This document shows, in pieces, positions 59,930-64,000 of a stretch of DNA of 64,000 bases. The translations under genes and the position numbers were made by a program. This DNA comes from Ginglymostoma cirratum. Its lineage: Eukaryota. The notes beneath the pieces were generated by a model. It searched no databases and was not told the origin of the DNA. It was given only the letters and a program-made list of their open reading frames with translations. Position 1 is the stretch's first letter. Each line of letters begins with the position of its first letter. The stretch lies in contig JAHRHZ010000155.1 in assembly GCA_024137785.1 (NCBI GenBank), forward strand, positions 736,165 to 800,164, in the 5' to 3' direction.

Positions 59930-61072
59930 GATGATAAAGGTGCTCTGCTGTTGCTGGTACGCAGCGATCGCCCAAGGCTGAGCAACCACCCGCCCCCAGT
60001 CAAATCGCCATTACGGAATGTGGAATAGTTGCAGGAATAGGGAAGGTTCCAGCAATTCCTTTGCATCCAGTTCGGTCTGAACTGCATCAAGAAGCTTTCT
60101 AGCATTGCTCTGACTCTGAGACTGGAGCGAACCCGCTGTTTCTAACAGGGCATGGGACAGAGACAGGGAGAGAGAGAGGTTTGTGTGTGTGTTGGGGGGA
60201 AGGGGCTGGGGAAAGGCCCTGCAGCTGGATATCACACGCTTAGTCCAGGTTCAACCCTCCCTATACCAATGAGTTGCCCTCGATTGGTTTAACACATAGT
60301 CTACGCCACCCATATCTTTTTCTTTCCCAAATTTTTATTAAACATTCATGCCCACCAACAGGACACCAACCCACACTAAACCAAACTTAACGCATTGTTC
60401 CAAAGGGAGGAGAAAGGAACTTTTGCAGAAATATTAGAGTACCGCCTGTATTCAAGTAATTCTCAATCTCGTGTACAAGACGACCTCGTGGTAATTTTGG
60501 ATTTGGGCATCGATTTGTTTTCACGCAATTGTCCTTTCCTTGTTTGAGCCATCAGTGGCAGACAGCGTTGCTGCTGGCTTCAGAACTATGGTCAGCGACC
60601 ACTGGGACACCCTCATCAGCTGATGCTCATACCCGAAACGTCAAGTTTTCCTGCTCCTATGATGCTGCTTGACCTGCTGTGTTCATCCAGCCCCATGCTT
60701 GTTATCTCATACAGGCGTGTTGTGTGAATTGTAGCTGTTGCCCATGGATGGGACTCCAGATTCTTTCTGTCACTCGGCCGAGCCGGAATCTCTGCCGTTG
60801 TTACTGTCTGCCATCGGCGTGAGTTGGGAACTTCTCTGGCAGGTGTTTGGCTGCAACTTCCCTCGTCCATCAAGTACTGGAGTAGAACTTTTAGCCAAAG
60901 CTTCTGGCCCAGAGGCTGGGACATAAAGGGACTGTTGGACTATGGGTGTGGATGACACCGCCAGGGTGTGTCGGGTGGCTTCAGTCAAACTCTGTGAGCA
61001 CCATTCACCACCTCGAGAGGTGCCAAGACTCACAGCCAAGGAAGAACTTTTTCTCGAGGTACGGTCACTGTT
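59930..61072 (-). pseudogene. Bcl-2-family (MCL1/BCL2A1-like) pseudogene, two exon-like segments (61072-60443 and 60141-~59930)
   Basis: BH1-like FRNGD[F]DWGRVVA (59981-60018, 1-nt frameshift) preceded by TAGSLQSQSQSNARKLLDAVQTELDAKELL; upstream Ser/Pro/Thr-rich frame with three TGA stops and an 80-bp TE insertion; truncated by CR1 at ~59930. Confidence 0.7.
60633..60705 (+). mobile_element. Short Penelope-like insertion with 7-bp TSD ctcatac
   Basis: TSD 60626-60632 and 60706-60712; removing it restores the reading frame of the host segment. Confidence 0.85.
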
Positions 61073-61147
61073 CTAATGTGGGAAACAGTCAGTGCACACA
61101 ATTTGCAATCCAAGAACGGACACAAACCATGTGACCTTTTTAAATAA

Positions 61148-61280
61148 GAGATAGTAGGAATTGCAGATGCTGGAGAATCTGAGATGACAAAGTGTACAGC
61201 TGGATGAACACAGCAGGACAAGCAACATCATAGGAGCAGGAAAGCTTGACGTTTTGGGCCGAGACCCTTCTTCAGAAAAG
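61148..61280 (-). mobile_element. Penelope-like terminal repeat with mutated hammerhead (GAAA to AAAA)
   Basis: CTGAAGAAGGGTCTCGGCCCAAAACGTCAAG on the minus strand. Confidence 0.8.
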
Positions 61281-61419
61281 TTGATGTAAGATGAAGGATA
61301 AATCCTGCTCCCAGATACCAGGGAGAACATTCTTTGTTCTTTGTAAGGGTTGGGTGCAGACGAGACAGCAGGTAGAGTCTTGGCCTAATACCTTCTCCAA
61401 AGATGGCTCATCTAATGCT

Positions 61420-61680
61420 GCAGCTCCCCCTCAGTATTGATCCTTCAACGGTGTGGTACTTCTTCAGCAATGACCTTCCGACAGTGCGGCAATCTCTAAG
61501 TAATAACCCACCGACAGTGTGGCACTCCCTCAGTACTGGCCACTTGACTGTGCAATGCTCCCCCAGCACTGACCATCCAAAAAAGCAGCACTCCCTCAGT
61601 ACTGACCCTCTGACAGTGTGGCACTCCCTCAGTAGTGACCCACAGACAGTGTGGCATTCCCTCAATACTGACCCTCCAAA
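61420..61680 (-). repeat. 33-bp minisatellite
   Basis: Reverse complement of the 7035 family. Confidence 0.92.
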
Positions 61681-62103
61681 GTTATAATGCTTCCACTGCA
61701 CTAGTGCTGCACTCTCTCAGACCCATACCAAGGCTTCTTAGCCTTTACAGCTCCAGAAGAAGTTTAATAAACATAAATTGGAGGAATATTGAAAAGGGAA
61801 GCATTTTCAAAGCTATGGGAGGAAGAGGAGGTTACGGGAACTAATTTGAGAGATCTTTCAAAGAGCTGATCCAGGCAAAATGGATGGAATGGTCTCCATC
61901 AAAGTTGTAAAATTGTGCAATCTCGTGATTTAAGTTCCTTACCGACAAGAGTCAATTTTCTGCTGAAGTCATATTTGCACCAGATGGAGAGGAAACAATT
62001 GGTTTCTGGTATCAGCTTTCTGCGTGTGGCCAAGTTTCGTTTCAACCACAAAAACTGCAAGATCATCTATGAAAGCCATGCTCCTATCACAGAAGCAACT
62101 TAA

Positions 62104-62570
62104 TCACATGCAGAGCTCAGGCAATTTGCTCGAGTGTCCATTGTGTCTTCTGCAGTAGGGTCAGTTCTGAACTTGGGGACCAGTAGTTTCCAATACCATA
62201 CTGGAATCAACAATATGATAATATGGGGTTTGGACCAGGAATAATCCCTAAAACAATGAGGATTCAAGATATTCCTAGCAGCCAATATTATCAAATTGAA
62301 AGCAATGACTTCCAAGCAGTCATCAGTAGATTCATTCTATCACTGAGATAGAGAGAGAGGGAGAAACAGAGAGTGAGTGTGAAACAGCAGATTGGGAATG
62401 AAAGTAGGTAGAAATGAAATACTGTTCATTTTGGATCAACTAGTGGGAGTTACACCCATGTATGTAGCTGAGAAGACATCGTCTCCTGGACCTCCTCAAC
62501 ATTCATCTCTTTTAGAGATGACAGGGTCTCTCAGTTCTCATGGTTTTCAGCAACCAACCTCTAATTTCCT
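62104..62570 (+). other. Leader-to-V intron remnant of a further Siglec-like paralogue (D)
   Basis: 62104-62270 matches 45343-45510 (and the reverse of ~26080-26230); 62365-62565 matches 48455-48658, which lies just upstream of V exon C. Confidence 0.8.
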
Positions 62571-62859
62571 TTCAGTTGATGGGTGGTGAGTGAGATGGTG
62601 GTGGCATATTCTAGAAGGCCAACTGCTGAGATACTTGAGGATGAGGGGGGCATTCAGTTTGGATACATGAATTGAGAACTAGACTTTCCAACTCAGCAAT
62701 TTTTTTCATTCATTCATGAGACATGGGCATCGCTGGCAGGGCCCAGCATTTATTGCCCATCCCCAGTTGCCCCTTGAGAAGGTGGGGGTGAGCTGCCTTC
62801 ATGAACTGCTGCAGTTCACTTCCTGTTGGTTATCCCGCAATGCAGAGGTGCCGGTTTTG

Positions 62860-63330
62860 GACTGGGGGGGACAAGATCAGAAACCGCACGGCACTAGACT
62901 AGGTTGTAATCCAACAACTTCATTTGAAAACACAAGCTTTCAGAGTCTTACTCTTTCTTCAGGTGTTTGTGAGAGACGTAGTATCAGACACAGAATTTGT
63001 AAGTAAAAGTCAAAGGGTCACACTACTGCTGAGGGTGTACTAAGCAAGCCTAAGATGTTGTTAAATCTTCAATCAGGTAGAAGGTTTTAATTGATTAATA
63101 TGTATATGTAAATCCTCGAATTCCTTTCAAATCCCTGTCCTGAGAGAACTAAAAGTTTTATCAGTGTAATGAAGATATTTTAGGTCAGACAATGCAGGTT
63201 AGGTGTGAGGCCTTGTTTAGAATCTGTTTGTGTTTTGGTTTCAGACTGGTTTTATTTCTAAAATAGGAATTTATAAAAGATTACATTGACTGACTGTCTA
63301 TAAATTGTGTTGGACTATAAATTGTGTCGT
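62860..63330 (-). mobile_element. Penelope-like terminal fragment (third family) inserted in a LINE remnant
   Basis: Contains a hammerhead motif; the flanking LINE 3' sequence resumes at ~63340. Confidence 0.7.
62931..62965 (-). ncRNA. Minimal type I hammerhead ribozyme motif
   Basis: CAC-CTGAAGA-A-AGAGT-AAG-ACTCT-GAAA-GC-TT|GTG: stem I CAC/GTG, 5-bp stem II, palindromic AAGCTT stem III. Confidence 0.7.
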
Positions 63331-64000
63331 TAGATTTCTGACCCACAATGCCCTTACGGAGGGATTTCCAGGATTTTGACCCAGTGACACTGAAGAAATG
63401 GCAATATATTTCCACGTCAGGGTAGTGAGTGACTTGGAAGGGAACTTGAAGATGGTGGTGTTCCCATGTGCCTGCTGCCCCTGTCCTTCTAGATGGAAGC
63501 AGTTGTGGGTGTGGAAGGTGCTGTCTGAAGAACTTTGGTGAATTTCTGCTGCACATCTTTCAGACAGTACACACTGCTGCTACTGAGAGTTGGGGTGGAT
63601 GGGGTGGATGGAGTGGATTTGCCATTTAAGACTGAAATGAGGAAGAATTTTGAATGTTTGGAAATCTCCTCAACTGACATTGGTGGCAGATGGGTCATTT
63701 GATATATTCAGTGCTGAGAGAGGGAAAGTTTTGATTGACAAGGAAGTAAGGGAGCAGGCTAGAAAGAGGAGTTCAGCTCACCATCGGATCAACTTATTAG
63801 CTAATGGATCGGGCTGGAGGAGCTGAATGGTGTATTCCTGCTCGTATTCCTTACAAAACATAAGCAGACAGTACTGGAGAAACTCAGCAGGTCCAATCCT
63901 ATCTTGGAGAAAGAAACAGGGTTAACATTTCTTATCCAATATTACTATTCCTCAGAACGCCAATTATTTGTGATCTTGACTTATTGAACCTTCTTCCCTT

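Noticed and set aside
59960-60060. LPYSC..DLTGGGWLL as an intelectin/fibrinogen-like motif
   Set aside because: Spacing is far too short; the BH1 reading explains the same bases better

Overview
Vertebrate genomic DNA, very likely a cartilaginous fish (shark); this is inferred from the CR1/HER1-type LINEs, HE1-type tRNA SINEs and Penelope-like elements. Most of the window is decayed repeats, and almost all ORFs in the supplied track are noise or TE fragments. The host content is a small cluster of Siglec/CD22/MAG-like Ig-superfamily genes. Gene A (minus strand, ~28.0 to 7.9 kb) can be assembled exon by exon: non-coding exon 1, signal peptide, V-set with the sialic-acid-binding Arg, two C2-set domains, TM, and two Tyr-motif tail exons. 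It has one dead C2 exon and an unresolved splice-phase break after the TM exon. Head-to-head with gene A, the plus strand carries four more copies of the same promoter/exon-1 cassette and two almost identical leader exons, but only one V exon (48.75 kb) and no recognisable C2/TM exons. An intron remnant of a fourth paralogue lies at 62.1-62.6 kb. Also present are an MCL1/BCL2A1-like Bcl-2-family pseudogene (59.9-61.1 kb, minus), a tRNA-Thr pseudogene lacking its anticodon, minimal hammerhead ribozyme motifs in three Penelope-like families, a decayed Gypsy LTR element, a Rex/Babar LINE, a ~1.7-kb tandem duplication and a CpG/CCAAT-rich promoter at ~2.3-2.7 kb. All coordinates were read by eye; exon boundaries were checked for frame, and repeat boundaries are approximate.
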